DNA from: Phoronis australis
Lineage: Eukaryota > Animalia > Phoronida
Reading direction: 5' to 3'
Length of the DNA: 64,000 nucleotides
Assembly (NCBI GenBank): GCA_002633005.1
Contig: NMRA01000021.1
Span: forward strand, 390,354-454,353
The notes under the pieces were generated by a model that worked only from the letters and a program-made list of their open reading frames with translations, did no database searches and was not told the origin of the DNA. Below, one piece after another: positions 12,501 to 25,794 of the stretch. Positions within the stretch are counted from its first letter, which is position 1. Each line of letters begins with the position of its first letter. The position numbers were made by a program, and so were the translations under genes.

Positions 12501-15500
12501 TGTTTACAACGAATATTCGAAAATTGGCGGTCATGTGTTTTCAAGTAGACTTTTTACTGTTGATTGTGCGTAAATTTATATCAGGTCATTCGAAGTAGCC
12601 AGAGAGAATGGAACGGCAGCTGCGGTAATAGAAAGGTTTCCCGGGCGAGGAATGTGCGGGAACTGAATTCGTTCGTTCGCAGGCAAAGAAATATGTCCGA
12701 AAAGTGGTCGGTGAGGGGTGATATGTATCCGTGAGAATAACGTGGGCGAGAATTTTGTGCGGGAGGAGACCTAAACCGCTCGCAGACAGGGTGCCTGGGA
12801 GGTGCAAGGATGTCTGACCAGAAATGGTGCACTCTGCGGAAAGCGCTCATGCGCTAACGCAAAAAAGAGAAATGAAGATCGTACCTCAGCCAGTGTGAGT
12901 ATCGCAATCGGCAGGCTATGGTAATTTTCAAACATTTCCACAAGAATGAGCAACAGCAGCGAATTTAATTAAACCCCTACGGAGCTCAGCGCCAGTGACC
13001 TGAAAATAGCGCTTGCAATCTATAAGTAAAAGCGGATGTTAAATTTCACGAACATCAATCGAGATTTAACAAATAAGGTTGTAAACAAATTATTTCCACT
13101 ACGGACGGAGCACGATTCGAATTAACAGTGTGCGGCTCTCTTAAAAGTGAATAGCGCGCTTGCGTACTTCTCCACCGCGTATTTTTGAGACGTTACAAAT
13201 CAAGGGCACTCGAACACCGGAGACAAATTGAAAGTTGAACACGCAATACGAAAACATACAACGGCAATTTTTTAAATATTATTTTATTACAAAATCGGTA
13301 TTCCGAGTCACAAGCCGGAACAAAACAGAAAAGTTAAACTCAGACAAACATCAGCCTTACTTCTAGTGTCAAAAACTTATTAGCCAGGTGACCTACACAC
13401 TGTGAACACACCTAGAATAATTTACGATAACACTTTGCACACAAGGGAAACGCAGAATCAAGAGATTGATGACGAGAAATTAAATCAGGTAGAATTATGA
13501 CCACGTGATCTGCCGAGCTTAAATCACTCACAGCATCTCACTGAGGTGTAACAAGTTTTAGACGCCAATCATTAAAAAGAATGCAACACTGACATGTGGA
13601 ATGGCCAATGATTTATAACTTAGACAAATTAAAATGCAATTTCAAGTGAAGGTCACCTACATACTTTAGACAGTGAAGTGCATAAACTATCTTATATCTT
13701 ATTTATTATAAGCTAATCGTTGGTCTTTATGATGGAAATCAATACCACAGGGAAACAATTATCCATTTAGATATTACATCTCTGTTCATAAAACCATCAC
13801 TCACGAGAGTCCAGTCAAATTGCAGTTAAGGTAAGCTACATTGAACAAGCTTTCAGACCTAAGAAATCAATTCAAACCCATGGATAACGAGAATTATATT
13901 GTACATGCTTCAAATTGAGGTAACTTGATACAACTTCGAGAGGATTGACAAGCCAAAATATTGCAGCAATGAACCCCGCCATGGTCACATTACAACAGGA
14001 ACACCAGACAAATTCACTCATCACATCTGAAAACTAGACTCATTTCCCTTGACTGAGCATAATCACACCAAAACACAGTCCACATTGAGACACATACTCG
14101 GTGCTCCAATGCAAGACTTACTCATAATTGTTCATCTCATTTCATCCTGCACATTCATACAGTCCCCTGTGATAGGTACATCTCTGGGTGATCCATGAAT
14201 ATGCTTTTGTAAAAAACAACAAAGCATTTTCTAGAATTTGTAATTTTGAATTAAGCAACAGTTGTCCCTAGGAAATGATTTCTACAGCCACAATAACCTG
14301 CAGCAGAACGAATTCACTTCATAAATTCACCAGACAGACTACTTAGAAGACAAAAATTCAAGTAGAACACAAATTTTTCTTTGGGGAATGCAACATGGCC
14401 ACTCATCAAAACGAAAGGGCCAATTCCATTACAGTGATGAAGGCTTAAAACAATACACAGCGACATGTGTAAAAACCTTCTAAGAGCCATACGGAGACTT
14501 TCCTTTTTTAACACACAGATAGCGTTCTTAATTTGACATGATTGCACTACGGGCAAGTGGAGACCATTGATTGCATTTGCTACTGATTTGCAGACTTAAT
14601 TTACGCTAATTTGAAGTTGGCAGGTTTTGACCTGGGAGCAGACCTTGGCTTTAGTGCTTTGTGTTTAAACTTGACAGAACTTAACACTAAAGGATGAACA
14701 TAAAACTCCAACTACACCAAACGACTACATGTTGCAGGGAATAGCAAGAGATTTTTGTGTTAACCTTACTAAAATTAAATAGCTCTGGTTATCTGGGAGT
14801 AACATTTCTTGCATTGGGTTCTGTTCCCCTGGCATGTATGTACTCTCCAGGTAACAATGAAAACTGAAGTCAATGGCCAAATGGCCAGCATTCACTTCCA
14901 AAGCACCAACACAAATAACTGCCACAGACTGTGTTCATTAGAGAGCTGGACATTGTGAAGCCTCAATGGAAGTTAGCCCCAAACCAAGACGTGATCTTTT
15001 TGTAGTGAGTCACTATTGCTGCACAGATAGTGAAAACACACTAGCTGGACAGCAGTCAAAATGAGAAATCTCTCCAAGATAACCAGGCATCTGCATATTT
15101 AGAAAAGGTCATGAAAAATAGTTGCTTTCCCCCTTTAATTCTGATTCAGGAGAACATGCAGATTTTGTAAAACCTCTAATTTAGTTTATAATACTAATTT
15201 ATAACATCACTACAAAACAATCAAACGTCACCTGTCATAACAAACTACTACAGAAGTCTACTACATACACTGACAAGATAACACACATTTACTTTTACAA
15301 AAACACAAATTTACAATTTAGAGCCTCCAATTGGGGAAATTCATCCACTGCAAATCTTCCTGAAGTAGCAACACTATTGTTGTTATTCAAATTCATTGTG
15401 GGACATTTGTCGACTTGTAAACATCTGGTGACATTAAAGAGCAAAGGATGTGCAACAGCATTGATAATTTACATTTTTTTCAGTGAGATTTAACTTCACC

Positions 15501-16667
15501 TTAATCAGATGGGGTGTGCCTCCAGAATCTTTTGTGCAAGATGTGCTAATCTCTATAGTAATAGGAGACATTATCAGGAACACTCTCACACTCTTTTATT
15601 CATGTAAACACAAAGCATGTTGCAGTGGATTCATGCTTTCAATTAAAGTGTACGCGAGTTACCAATGTGGTTTTGTCATATTGTTTACATGTCACCCAGT
15701 AATCTGTGATGTCACCCGATGTTTACGCGTTAGCAACCCTCCCATAATGCATTCGAAAAATGAAAGCGGTGCAGTAGATGAAATCTCCCGAATTAACCCT
15801 AACTCAGATCTTCGAATTTGCACGATAAAAAGCGGGACAAACACATGTTCTCAAAACATTAAACTTTGCCAACACTTTCAACAGTCACAGAACATGGACA
15901 TATCAATGTTGTTATTAACATATATGAGACAATAAATTATGTATTTACAAGACACGAGAGCAACTAATTGAAAGCATAGTTGGAAGAACTAGAAAACTTA
16001 ATTCAGCAAATGCCAGGATAAGAATACTACCTTTTGGTGAAGAAAACTGAATATTTTAAAACATCATCAAAAGGGTAATACCAGGATATTCAATAGCACA
16101 AAACGGTATAATACCCAGAATAAGAACCCAAAGTAATTCCGACTTGATGTTAAGATACTCCACAACATTTTCTGACTGGCTTATATGCACAGTAAAGAAA
16201 AATGTGCCTTATTTGGAAAAGGGCAAATTCCATAGCACTCCTTTCACACAGCTTTGAGAAAGATGCAGGGTTAAAATGAAGTGTGCACAGATCAGAACCA
16301 AATGGCATGTTATCTAGCCTAAGTTTTGTTTGGTCTAACATTGTCAAATGCCTACTCTGTAAGACAAAAACTAGTGAGCTAACAAAAAACACACGCATCG
16401 CTTGTAACGCACGATCTTGCCAAAACCACACGAAACTAGCCTCATGCAACTCAGTCCAGGTTTGTCCATGAAAAGTAGACATTCACATCCTGTCATCTGA
16501 ACTTTATGCATTCTGATGGATACTGTTGCTGCTGCATTCGCTCCCGTTGTTCTGGGAATCAAGTTTTCTTTTCCTAGACCTCGATGTATTCCTTACGTAT
16601 AACTAATTCATTCCATCTACGATCCAATAAAACGGACAGATTTACAACTCACGCTGAGAGTCACCAT

Positions 16668-17018
16668 TCACTTGCTTATGGCAGGTGGTATACACACTAC
16701 GTCATCACCTAACCGCCCGGCAATCATTTCCATGCCCTGTCTGAACATGGAGTACTTCCTATCTATTTCCTCCTCTACAGTTTGAAGAGTTTCCTCCAGC
16801 ATACCAATGCTCTGTTTAATGTCCTCAACTTCCGGGTCAGACTCGAGCGACGGCACTTTAAGAGTCTTTTTTGTTGATGTCTCCGGTGAGAAGACAAACT
16901 GTCTCTGAGAAGTTTTCCTAGTGGGACTGTTCAGTGCTATGTACTCCCCCTGTTGCTGAATTTCTTCATCGATGGATGCCAGTATAGAGTCAATTTCTTC
17001 CTTCGTTACATTTGAACT
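16668..17018 (-). CDS. TEDC1: TEDC1 terminal coding exon (SSNVTKEEIDSILAS...VVCIPPAISK*)
   Basis: tttcag acceptor; coiled-coil-like C-terminus; TGA at 16668-16670. Confidence 0.85.
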   Translation of the reverse strand, partial: SSNVTKEEIDSILASIDEEIQQQGEYIALNSPTRKTSQRQFVFSPETSTKKTLKVPSLESDPEVEDIKQSIGMLEETLQTVEEEIDRKYSMFRQGMEMIAGRLGDDVVCIPPAISK

Positions 17019-20000
17019 CTGAAATTGATGAACAAAAAATGCCACATTACTGATCCAGGACAGCGTTACAATTTCAAGGATTTATGATATGGTTATTTAC
17101 TTCAAAAACCAACACACTTTCAAACTGTTGGTGGATTGCAAATATGCTACTGACCGAAATTCATGTTGTCCAACATAAATTTTTCTATTTTACAGAGCTG
17201 GATTGAAATTTTAAAATGTTGAAGCTTTTATCAAAGATTTATTTCAAGATGTTCCTATGGTGCAATCTATGGCAATAACGAATAATTATTTTTGTTCAAG
17301 GTTTACTTCAGCATGATCGGATGGCCCCTGCTTCAAGAAGCTTTCATGCAAAAGATTTGCTAAAAGTCTATGTATTCCCTTGATGCATTTTGATCCTCAC
17401 CTTGCAATTTTCATATTTGCTTGATTGTTATTTAGTAATAGTTGCACCCAAAAGCATGTAATAATGGACCTGGTGGTCAGCTCAAGAGGCAAGTGCTGTT
17501 ACCTGTCATATTTTTTACTAGACACCAAGTTTTTGTGATGTCACCAGATGATTTCAAACCGACAACCACTCCATAATGCATTTGAAAACAGACAGCGGCA
17601 CCATAGATAAAATCCAAAAATTAAAGCTCTACTTATAATCACGTGCATCCCAATGCACTGGTGCAGATTTAACACAAGACAAAAGTGTCCCAGCCATAGA
17701 CTCAACTCACTTTGGCAATCCACAATCGTTCTAAATGCTCCAATATAGCCTCATATTTTGTAATTGACTCTCTGATCTTGGACCTTGACTTTTTCATCTC
17801 TGACACTGCTTCAGCAGGAATGTTCATCGGCAGGTTCTGTGTTTCTACTGCATTCTGGTGTTCTTTGCGCGCATCTGCCTCCTTTAGCTTCACGTCCAAA
17901 ACACTTTCCTGTGAAATACAAAATGGTCAACTTGGCTATCCACAAGCACAATAACATAGTTGACGTGGCACACGGAAAACCCACACACGCACAATGCTAA
18001 CTACTCATCAATGACCGAGCCATTCGCTACAAACGAAATAAACAAGTTATACACATTACTATCACAGTGTATAGAATTTCCAACTACAGTAGAGTAATAG
18101 TCAAAACAGAGACAAAGAAGAGAAGTTTGAAAAAAAAGATGCCAATCAGTTCACAAGAAAAATTTTGTGACATTCTAAAGGGGCCTGGTTGAAAAAATCT
18201 CCCGATTTGATTTTCAAGTGGGAAACCTGTCACTGGTCTGCTTAAAAGCTAATAAACAAAGACAGTGGACTTCAAAAGATGCAGTGCATAATTACTACAC
18301 AAGACTGTAAAGTGGAATACAGAGAGAACAGACTATGATAGACTTCACTTATAATGGCTTAACTTTGAAATGGTGAAATCTTGGCTTTTACCATTTTTTG
18401 ACTGGCTTTGTACAGTTTAAAACTGAAACTAGACAAAATTTCACGTTTCACAGTTTTGAAAATTTTCAGCAAACACATTGAACAACTATACTTTGACAAA
18501 AGTAGGTGGTCTTAAATCACAGCTTTACCAGAGAAGCTGATTATTTTGCATTTACCGCTATTTAATGCAAGGACACAGATGGGGATTTTTTGTATCTGGA
18601 AAAAAATCATGATTCGTTAGATATAACACGTACCAAAAATCAGTTGAGGTGGAGATTTAACAGTCTTATTGACCAAAATCAGATCCAACAACTTTAAGAG
18701 GCCTTCTGGCCAGAATATGCCATACCACATGTTCATACCCTATCTCTGTCTATAAAAGCGTGGTAATGGGTCAATGCTATCAAAAATGGTGATATTCTGT
18801 AAATCCTTGCTACAGGATTGCCTTAACCGTTTCTAAGTGAGAAGCATAATGATTCACTGGATACCACAAGTAACAAAGACAACCAAGTTTAGGCCAAAAC
18901 CTGGACCACAGGTTATTGGCTGTGAACGCTGTCATGTCACGTGCAAAGTGCAGTGCCCCTGTTGATCATCACACAAACTAACGTGGTAGCCCAGCAGTGT
19001 CCACTTTTATCATTCAACTCAAATGTTGACCTACCATCCATTTCCAAAAGATATCTTCCTGGTGCCTCCATTTGAGCAGGTCCTGCAATCTCTCATTGTC
19101 TTTTTCTAATAACGTTAAGTTCTGTGAATAAAGAATTTTAGACAACTTTATAAGATATTGCTTTAGCTCGGTGCATCCCGAGACAGCAAACAATATTTTC
19201 AAAGGGCATTCGCATAGCTAATGGTGGAGGAAGGGTAATTCAATGGAACCTTCCAATGTTACCGTTATAAAGTTATGTTCACTTGTTTCAAATAGGGCCA
19301 CTAGATGGTGCTATTGTGTATACATTGTTGCTTTTTAGCCAAAACAGTAGCAAAAGTGTTACCACAATCACACACATGAAAACTGACATCTCCAAATAAA
19401 CCGAAATGTTGGATTTGGATGTCAATCTTCCCGTGTGCCCTTGTGATTAGACTCTTGTCTACTAATGGGCAACAGTCAAATATGATGTGACCACATTTGG
19501 CATGGTTCATACAAACTTTTGACAACCCAATTTCAGGCCTTTTTAGGACTAATTAATACTAATATAGGGCCTCGTCAATCACTGTTCGCATGCAAAAAAA
19601 AAGCATGATGACATGATCATGAAATCATATATATAATGCATGCTATTGCATTACCACCTTCAAATTTCCTTTAGCTATAATTAACTTTAAACAGAGAACT
19701 ACAAGTTGGAAGTCTTTTATTTAACAATCAGTGTCTTCAAAACAGTTCTGATCGTTAAGCAGTCAGAGTTTAAGCACAGTCCGTATCAATAAAAGTCAGT
19801 GTCTTTAAAACAGTTCTTCTCAGTCAGCAATCAGTGCCTTGAAAACAATTCTTATCAATAAGCAGTCACTGTGAATGACTTACAAAAAATACAGATGGTT
19901 TCATAGTGATCAGCTATTTGTGTTTTGTGGAAGCAGCATGTGATTTCACTGCACCCAAACCCATCTTTCCCAGGAAAATTTCTTTGTTGCATACAACGCA

Positions 20001-23000
20001 TAACGCTTTATGTTTACTATACTTGCATTCCGCTAGCCAGTTCTTGTACACTTCGTCCTTCAGCCTAATTCTATTGAAAACAGTCTTCCCAATCTCAATT
20101 CTGGGACTCGGGAAATGGCAGCAATCATGATATAATTGAATTGCGTTTACCCCCTCACGATGGAACCCTTTGGCAGGTTTCCCGTTCAAACTCTAGGTGG
20201 TGTGGAAAAGTACTACTGCAGCGCCAGAAAGGCACTGAATTGTACCCTGTGGACAAATGCAGAACTACAAAGTTGTCTCCCCTTACCTCACGATCTATTA
20301 CCCGAGGTAAACCGGAAAACCAACAAAAGTAAACTCGAAATGCCAATGAAAATTTTTCGCATGCTTTGAGAAAGGTGCAACGACTGAAAACTAGAATTCA
20401 GGGCCAGAAACAAAAATTTTTAATGCCAATAGCTCAAATTTAGGGCCTTGTCAAGGCCGAAGTCCAAATAAGGGCCCCTTTATGGTTTAGAGTCAAAATT
20501 CCAGGCCTTTTCAAGCCTGTGTAAACCATGTTTTGAGAACCAGTTTTCTCCACTGAACAATGGGCATGAAACTGGTTGTTAAATGTGGGCACGTTATAAC
20601 GGACTAAAGCCCATTCTATGCAGTCTTCAAAGTACCTCATACTTGATGCATAGTTGACAAGATACTATAATACTTAAGGTGGATCTCTGAAGAAAATGTA
20701 CTATACTGAGATAATGCAATCAACGTAACATGGAAAGGACGAGCGTGGTACTTCAGCAAATCATAAGACGTTAAGGGGGGAGTACCTTTTTCAACAATTC
20801 CGGGTGACGAAGCATCATAATCTCGAGCACAGACAGGTGATTCTTGTCAGGTGATAGAGACACTCCTTGGGTAGCTTCTCTTAACTAGAACACAGGTGAG
20901 AATAGATAGGTATTAAGCCATTATTATGACAAGACAGAGCAGAGTTATTTACAAGGCCACTATATCGTTTTCTTGGAAGCATTGCAAAAACAAGCACGAA
21001 AGTTAAAATAAACTATCGGAGAATGTTCAAGCATAATACAATGACGAGAGCGACAAACTATTCACTATCACATGATGTGAACTAACAAAAATCAAGGTTT
21101 AAAATGCATAAAGACAGGCCGGTCATCTTGTGTTCCCTGGCGTGCACACCAACCTTGTGCGAGAGGACGTTTTTCTCCCTCTGAAGAGCATACAGGTTCC
21201 TGAGGCTCATCCTCAGCTTGCCATTGAGCCAGAGCAGATATTTGATTCTGCCGTCGGGGTCATCTGGTACCCGGGGTGAGCGCGGTGTGACCATGGTGTT
21301 GGAAGGCTTGTCACCATCTCCTGCCTGGAAAAGTGCAACACAGAAATTGAAAATAAGATGGAAGGAATGACACGTAATGGTGAGGGTAACACCACATCAC
21401 AGAATAAACCAAACAAACGCAATGTTAAAACAATTTCAAATTCGATTTCAAATACAAACACGAGATACCTGCTGTCTAGTCTTAAATTTAGAGAATGATT
21501 TTTTGCACAATAAGTGTGACATTTCCAACAATAGGATTTCAGCACGTGTTATTGATATCAACCAAATAACGTTGGCAAATTGGGACAAGGGCTTTTCAGC
21601 ATTACCCCGTACAGTCCTGACGAGTCATCATTGAGAGGTGATGAGCAGTTTTCCATAAACTTGTCCACAATGTTCTCTTTACACATCAGCCAGCCCAGCG
21701 CCAGCAAGAGTTCCCGAGCACCCTCCGACATGTCGTTGGGTAACGAGGCAAAGTCCCGTGAGTAGAAGCCGCGACGTTGCATTTCGCGCTTGACAAAAAC
21801 AATAAGCTCTCCTAGGAATAGAGGTAGAAACTGAAGCATTTGCAAATTATTAACAAATACAACGAATGCATTCTTATATGAAAATAATATGTATGAGCCA
21901 CGGTGGAATTGTCTACTTTAATAAACTTCAACTTCATTTTTATTAATTTAACTGCAATGTAAACTGAGTCCATCACTCGACCACAGTGAGGCGCTTCAAG
22001 CATGCTACTGAAAGCATGATCCCAGGAATGAAGTATGGCACCAATGCTGTTGTACAGGTGTCAGTGTTGATGCCAAGACAGGGCTCATTCAAATTGTTAT
22101 TAGAGTTGATAGTTACAATGCTTAACTTGTTTTAAACTTATGAACATATCTCAGTTGCACAACTAATCTAAAATGTCACAAAATTAAAAAACAACAGTGC
22201 TTGATTTGGCGACCAGCAGTTCACCAATGTGGCTTCAGATTTGTGTTTGACGACCTGCGAAAACAATCCCGAATGTCCGTGTTCTGCGTAGGAATGGGGA
22301 ATAGAGTAAGGGTGAGCAAACCAAAACTCGGAAATATCTTGGTAAATTATGAGCTCGGGTACACATTTTTAAAGTGATCGGAGAGTTGACACTGTTCAAT
22401 GAGGGAAAAAACATGTGTTGTGTCACGTAAGGACAATGAATATAGCAATGCCCAGAGAATGGTGTATATTTATGGAGGAAATAGAAGATATGCGTTATTA
22501 TAAATAACAGTGACAGCAGCATGACGTTTTTTGGCGTTAAGCTAAGCATTGAGCACTGCATGACAATAAGGTCACTTTTTGACCTCTACAGAGTAACCAG
22601 ATGCCTCCTACCTGTGGACAACTCTGCAAAGGCCTTAACACTAACTTCGTCAATGTAGCCATACTTGCAGAAATAAATCAACTCAAACAGGAGTCTCCAT
22701 AGTGGTCCCACCTGAAACAACAATGTCAGACAAAAGTTTACACAATGTATCCATCAACATAGGCAATTACATTACTGTATAATGCCGCAGGCATGCAAGG
22801 ACAATAGCAAACTCCCATAAGGATAATAGCACACCCCCATAAGGACAATAGCACACCCCCATAAAAAGTTACTCATCTCAAAATACACTGCATAAAATCG
22901 AATGAAACTTGCGTATCTATACACACATGGAGTTATAACTAACTTATACTATGACACTGGCGACAATTAAGTCAACATAATTTGAACATAATCATGAAAA

Positions 23001-25752
23001 ACTGCCGCGGTTCGCTCAAGCATCCCTAACTGGGTGCCATTTTGAGGAAGTTAGAGATGAAATCATGTCTGTTGACAAACAAAAGTCCAAGGGACACTTG
23101 ATATATTCCCATGCTATTTTTTGCAAGCATCACACGCCAGGTCATGCACTTCACTGAGTCTCGCGCTTGTCCTTGCCAAACTCACATGACATCAGTTGAA
23201 ATACTTTAGTGGTTATCGCGCATGGTGAAAAAGTTATCAATGGCAAAATACGGTGAGTTGGAATTCTTCACCAAAGTCATCTTGTTCTCCATATATATGT
23301 CTTGTCGAAGATATGTATAGAACCAGAAAGTATTGATGAAGAAAGAAGGTGATTTTTAAGTGATAGCTTTAAGCGTAAATTTATTTTTGACGAGGTCAGA
23401 ACCTCTTATTTGGTGAGATGATTTGACCGACAGTCAGTTTGGAACACACAGGCTGAAAATAGCACACAAAGTGATGGGGAATATTGTAGTCCCAGTATAG
23501 CCAGCCGATGGGCTATGTGTTGCCTACCATCAACCTGGCTTCTCCACAGTACACTTTTAACAATTTCAACGGTTCAATTTGTGCTCCTAAAGAATCCTCC
23601 TATCCCCTCTTTCTACCTATTTAAGTTTATTTAGCCTGCTAATGAATACATTATACTAAAGCATCCTGCTATACAGCGCCTTCAGCCAGTTTGCACCGAA
23701 TTCTCAAAGAAACGTGTCTGCGGGAAATTCATGCTGATTTGAATGATTTGAGTTTGTTGATGAGAAGGCTTTGTCATTCAGGATTGGTCTGGAACAAGGA
23801 ATGTTCGAGAGGTTCAGCGGTTTCTTGGGTCTCGTGAATTACCACAGATCGTTTGCCGATAGATTTGCTGAAATCGGTGCTCCTTTGCATGTGCTCACAG
23901 ACAAGGTTGATTTCTTATGGGTGTGAAGGAGTGCCTTATCAATCCCTTGGTCCTAGCATTGCCCTCTAGAGATGATGTATTATTTTGGACACCTATGCTT
24001 GTGACGTAGCCATAGGTGGTAACCTACTGCAAGTTCAGGAGGGGGAATGAGAAGATTATTGCATATGCTAGTGTTTCTCTGGACTCCAGAACAGAGTCGT
24101 TATTGTACTGCACGTAAGGAACTTTTAGCTACCATACATTTTACTAAACGGTTTCACCGTTTCTTGTTGGGTAAACCATTTGGGGTGCGAACGGATCATA
24201 GTAGTTTGCAGTGGTTGATAAATTTTAAAAATCCAGAGGGTCAGTTAGCCATACGGTCAGAATTGAGCCAATATGAGATATCGGATGAGTACCACCAGGG
24301 TTGTCGTCATGGTAATACTGATGATTTGTCTTATTTAGATTCTCCAGTCAGTTGTTGGGAATAGTCATGGTGTAAGATTGGAGGATTTGTCTTTCAGTGG
24401 ATGTTCTTATTGTATTGCATAGTGCCTGGGACAAGTTTATAATGGAGGTGGATGATGCTCAACCCTTGTTTCACCATAGACGGATATATAAAAAAATAAT
24501 TGCAGGCGGTCTGATACGCAGGCCACGCATCTGGGCCCATTGCACTGATCACCAGGAAATAATTTTGTGCTTTATAAATATATAGTTAAAACCGAGCTGA
24601 AGAGCTAGAAACCTGACTCAAGGGTTTAGCAGTGCGACCTGGTGGGACTCGAACCCACGACCTCGAGTAAAGAAGGCGGCCACCATCCCACTAGGCCACA
24701 GTGCCTTCTCCCATAGACGGACAGCAAGGTGGCCAGTTTTTTCTTCTGAGGATGGTGTTTTAATAAATGCAAAACATCTCTATCACTCTTGGAGCACTTC
24801 ACACTCATAGTCGAACATTCTGAAGTGGCGCATGTTACAAATTAAAAGTGCAGTGGTGAGGTGTGTATGTACAAGAGTCTAGTGTGAGGGTGCAGTGCAG
24901 TTTGCATGGAGTGCAATGATAACTAATATGAGAGGAGGTCTGTCTGGAAGTGATCCAGAGAGGCAGCATCGATGACGTGGGCAGGTAAATTATTCCAGGA
25001 GACTGTTGTGGAAGGGAAGAAGGAATTTTGCAGGTACGCGGTGCGGCACTAAGGAGTCAGGAAGTACATGCTATGGCATCTACGTTTAGGGGTACTAATG
25101 AATGGATACAAATTACAAGAAGGTATTGGGAATGGCAATGGACTGGTGGACAATTTTATAGAATGTAAAGAGTTTGGAGAGGTAGCGGCGGAATTCAAGG
25201 GTTTGTCAATTTGTAAAGAGGCTAAAACGTCAGGCTAATCACTAATGTTGTGAGGGAGCCGTTGTGAGAGGTATGGATGGCTGAAATGAAGCACCCGTGG
25301 AATTCCTAGTCCTGAGTGTCTACCTTTTAGTATATATATACATATATATATATATAGTGTAATGGGAACGATCAGAAGCTGAGGACAACCGTGAGTTGTG
25401 CTACGCCGATCTGTCGTAGACAAGTCGCAGAGGTTCACTACAATATGGATGGCTCAAGTAGCCAAATTTTGGTAAAAAATCAGGCCCGATATGTCACACT
25501 TTTGTGTATTAATTTATAGTGTACTGGAAGTGATAACAATCTGAAGTCTTGGACGCATGTGGTTATGATCGAACTTCGAAGAGAAAAGAAACCAAATGGC
25601 AAATTGTCAAACATGAACATGAAAGTATAAAAACGTACCGCTTCGTCGTTATCAAATTTAGCCAATCGAAAAGTTTCTGCCCTGACTTTTGATGTTCCAT
25701 TTGACCGCAGCACTCTTGTCAACAGTTCTATCACTTCCCTGATCTGTGCCAT
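16668..25752 (-). CDS. TEDC1: Tubulin epsilon and delta complex protein 1 (TEDC1/C14orf80)-like; 8 coding exons, 441 aa
   Basis: Exons 25639-25752, 22612-22711, 21606-21811, 21154-21324, 20786-20884, 19035-19121, 17711-17908, 16668-17018 all have GT-AG boundaries and join in frame (1326 nt). Motifs AETFRLAKFD, LWRLL, GARELLLALGWL, LLWLNGKLR, HLSVLE and EDIFWKWMESVLD match my recollection of the TEDC1 family. Confidence 0.9.
17711..17908 (-). CDS. TEDC1: TEDC1 exon 7 (ESVLDVKLKEADARKE...LERLWIAK)
   Basis: tttcacag acceptor, AAA|gtgagt donor; 198 nt. Confidence 0.87.
19035..19121 (-). CDS. TEDC1: TEDC1 exon 6 (NLTLLEKDNERLQDLLKWRHQEDIFWKWM)
   Basis: ttcacag acceptor, ATG|gtaggt donor; 87 nt. 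Confidence 0.88.
19501..20530 (-). mobile_element. internally deleted hAT-like DNA transposon in TEDC1 intron 5, retaining an N-terminal zinc-finger remnant
   Basis: Imperfect TIRs catggttcatac (19501) / catggtttacac (reverse complement ending 20530); subterminal ttcaggcctttt motifs at both ends. ORF 19914-20189 contains YKNWL...ALCVVCNKEIFLGKMGLGAVKSHAASTKH, a CxxC...H...H finger of the kind found at transposase N-termini. No DDE domain is present. Confidence 0.7.
19725..19872. repeat. degenerate ~34-bp tandem repeat x4 inside the hAT-like element
   Basis: Consensus by eye cagtcagtgtctt(n)aaaacagttcttatcaataag. Confidence 0.55.
20786..20884 (-). CDS. TEDC1: TEDC1 exon 5 (LREATQGVSLSPDKNHLSVLEIMMLRHPELLKK)
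   Basis: gttctag acceptor, AAG|gtactc donor; 99 nt; not in the ORF track. Confidence 0.85.
21154..21324 (-). CDS. TEDC1: TEDC1 exon 4 (AGDGDKPSNTMVTPR...YLLWLNGKLRMSLRNLYALQREKNVLSHK)
   Basis: ttttccag acceptor, AAG|gttggt donor; 171 nt. Confidence 0.85.
21606..21811 (-). CDS. TEDC1: TEDC1 exon 3 (ELIVFVKREMQRRGFY...GARELLLALGWLM...SSGLYG)
   Basis: cctag acceptor, GGG|gtaatg donor; the phase-1 junction is consistent with exon 2. Confidence 0.9.
22612..22711 (-). CDS. TEDC1: TEDC1 exon 2 (VGPLWRLLFELIYFCKYGYIDEVSVKAFAELST)
   Basis: tttcag acceptor, G|gtagga donor; 100 nt; not in the ORF track. Confidence 0.85.
22797..22864. repeat. 22-bp tandem repeat x3
   Basis: aaggacaatagcacacccccat units at 22797, 22819 and 22841. 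Confidence 0.85.
23780..24400 (+). mobile_element. degenerate Ty3/Gypsy pol fragment (RT C-terminus/RNase H)
   Basis: Frameshifted translation: FLGLVNYHRSFADRFAEIGAPLHVLT...LDTYACDVAIGGNLLQVQEG...YCTARKELLA...FLLGKPFGVRTDHSSLQWLINFKNPEGQLA...HGNTDDLS, typical Gypsy RNase H motifs. Confidence 0.88.
24634..24705 (-). mobile_element. tRNA-derived SINE head / tRNA-like pseudogene
   Basis: Minus strand ggcactgTGGCCTAGTGGgatggtggccgccttctttactcgaggtcgtgGGTTCGAGTCCcaccaggtcgc has Pol III A and B boxes and a good T-arm, but poor acceptor and anticodon stems. Confidence 0.65.
24935..25235 (-). mobile_element. CR1/L2-like LINE ORF2 3' fragment
   Basis: Minus translation LEFRRYLSKLFTFYKIVHQSIAIP...CRTAYLQNSFFPSTTVSWNNLPAHVIDAASLDHFQTDL with internal stops; SFFP..WN.LP is a typical CR1-clade C-terminal motif. 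Confidence 0.78.
25331..25356. repeat. (TA)n microsatellite
   Basis: tatatatatacatatatatatatata. Confidence 0.85.
25639..25752 (-). CDS. TEDC1: TEDC1 exon 1 (MAQIREVIELLTRVLRSNGTSKVRAETFRLAKFDNDEA)
   Basis: ATG at 25752; donor GCG|gtacgt; 114 nt. Confidence 0.88.
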
Positions 25753-25794
25753 CGTTCTTGGAGGTTAGAAACAAGTTGACAACCAACTCGTCAA

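Noticed and set aside
15483-15935. 150-aa plus-strand ORF
   Set aside because: Non-ATG start, no recognisable domain and no supporting exon chain; it lies just downstream of TEDC1 on the opposite strand.
19725-19872. Spaced repeats as a CRISPR-like array
   Set aside because: The whole unit is a degenerate tandem repeat inside a DNA transposon, with no repeat-spacer alternation.
24634-24705. Functional tRNA gene
   Set aside because: A and B boxes are present, but the acceptor and anticodon stems do not pair properly; a SINE head or pseudogene fits better.
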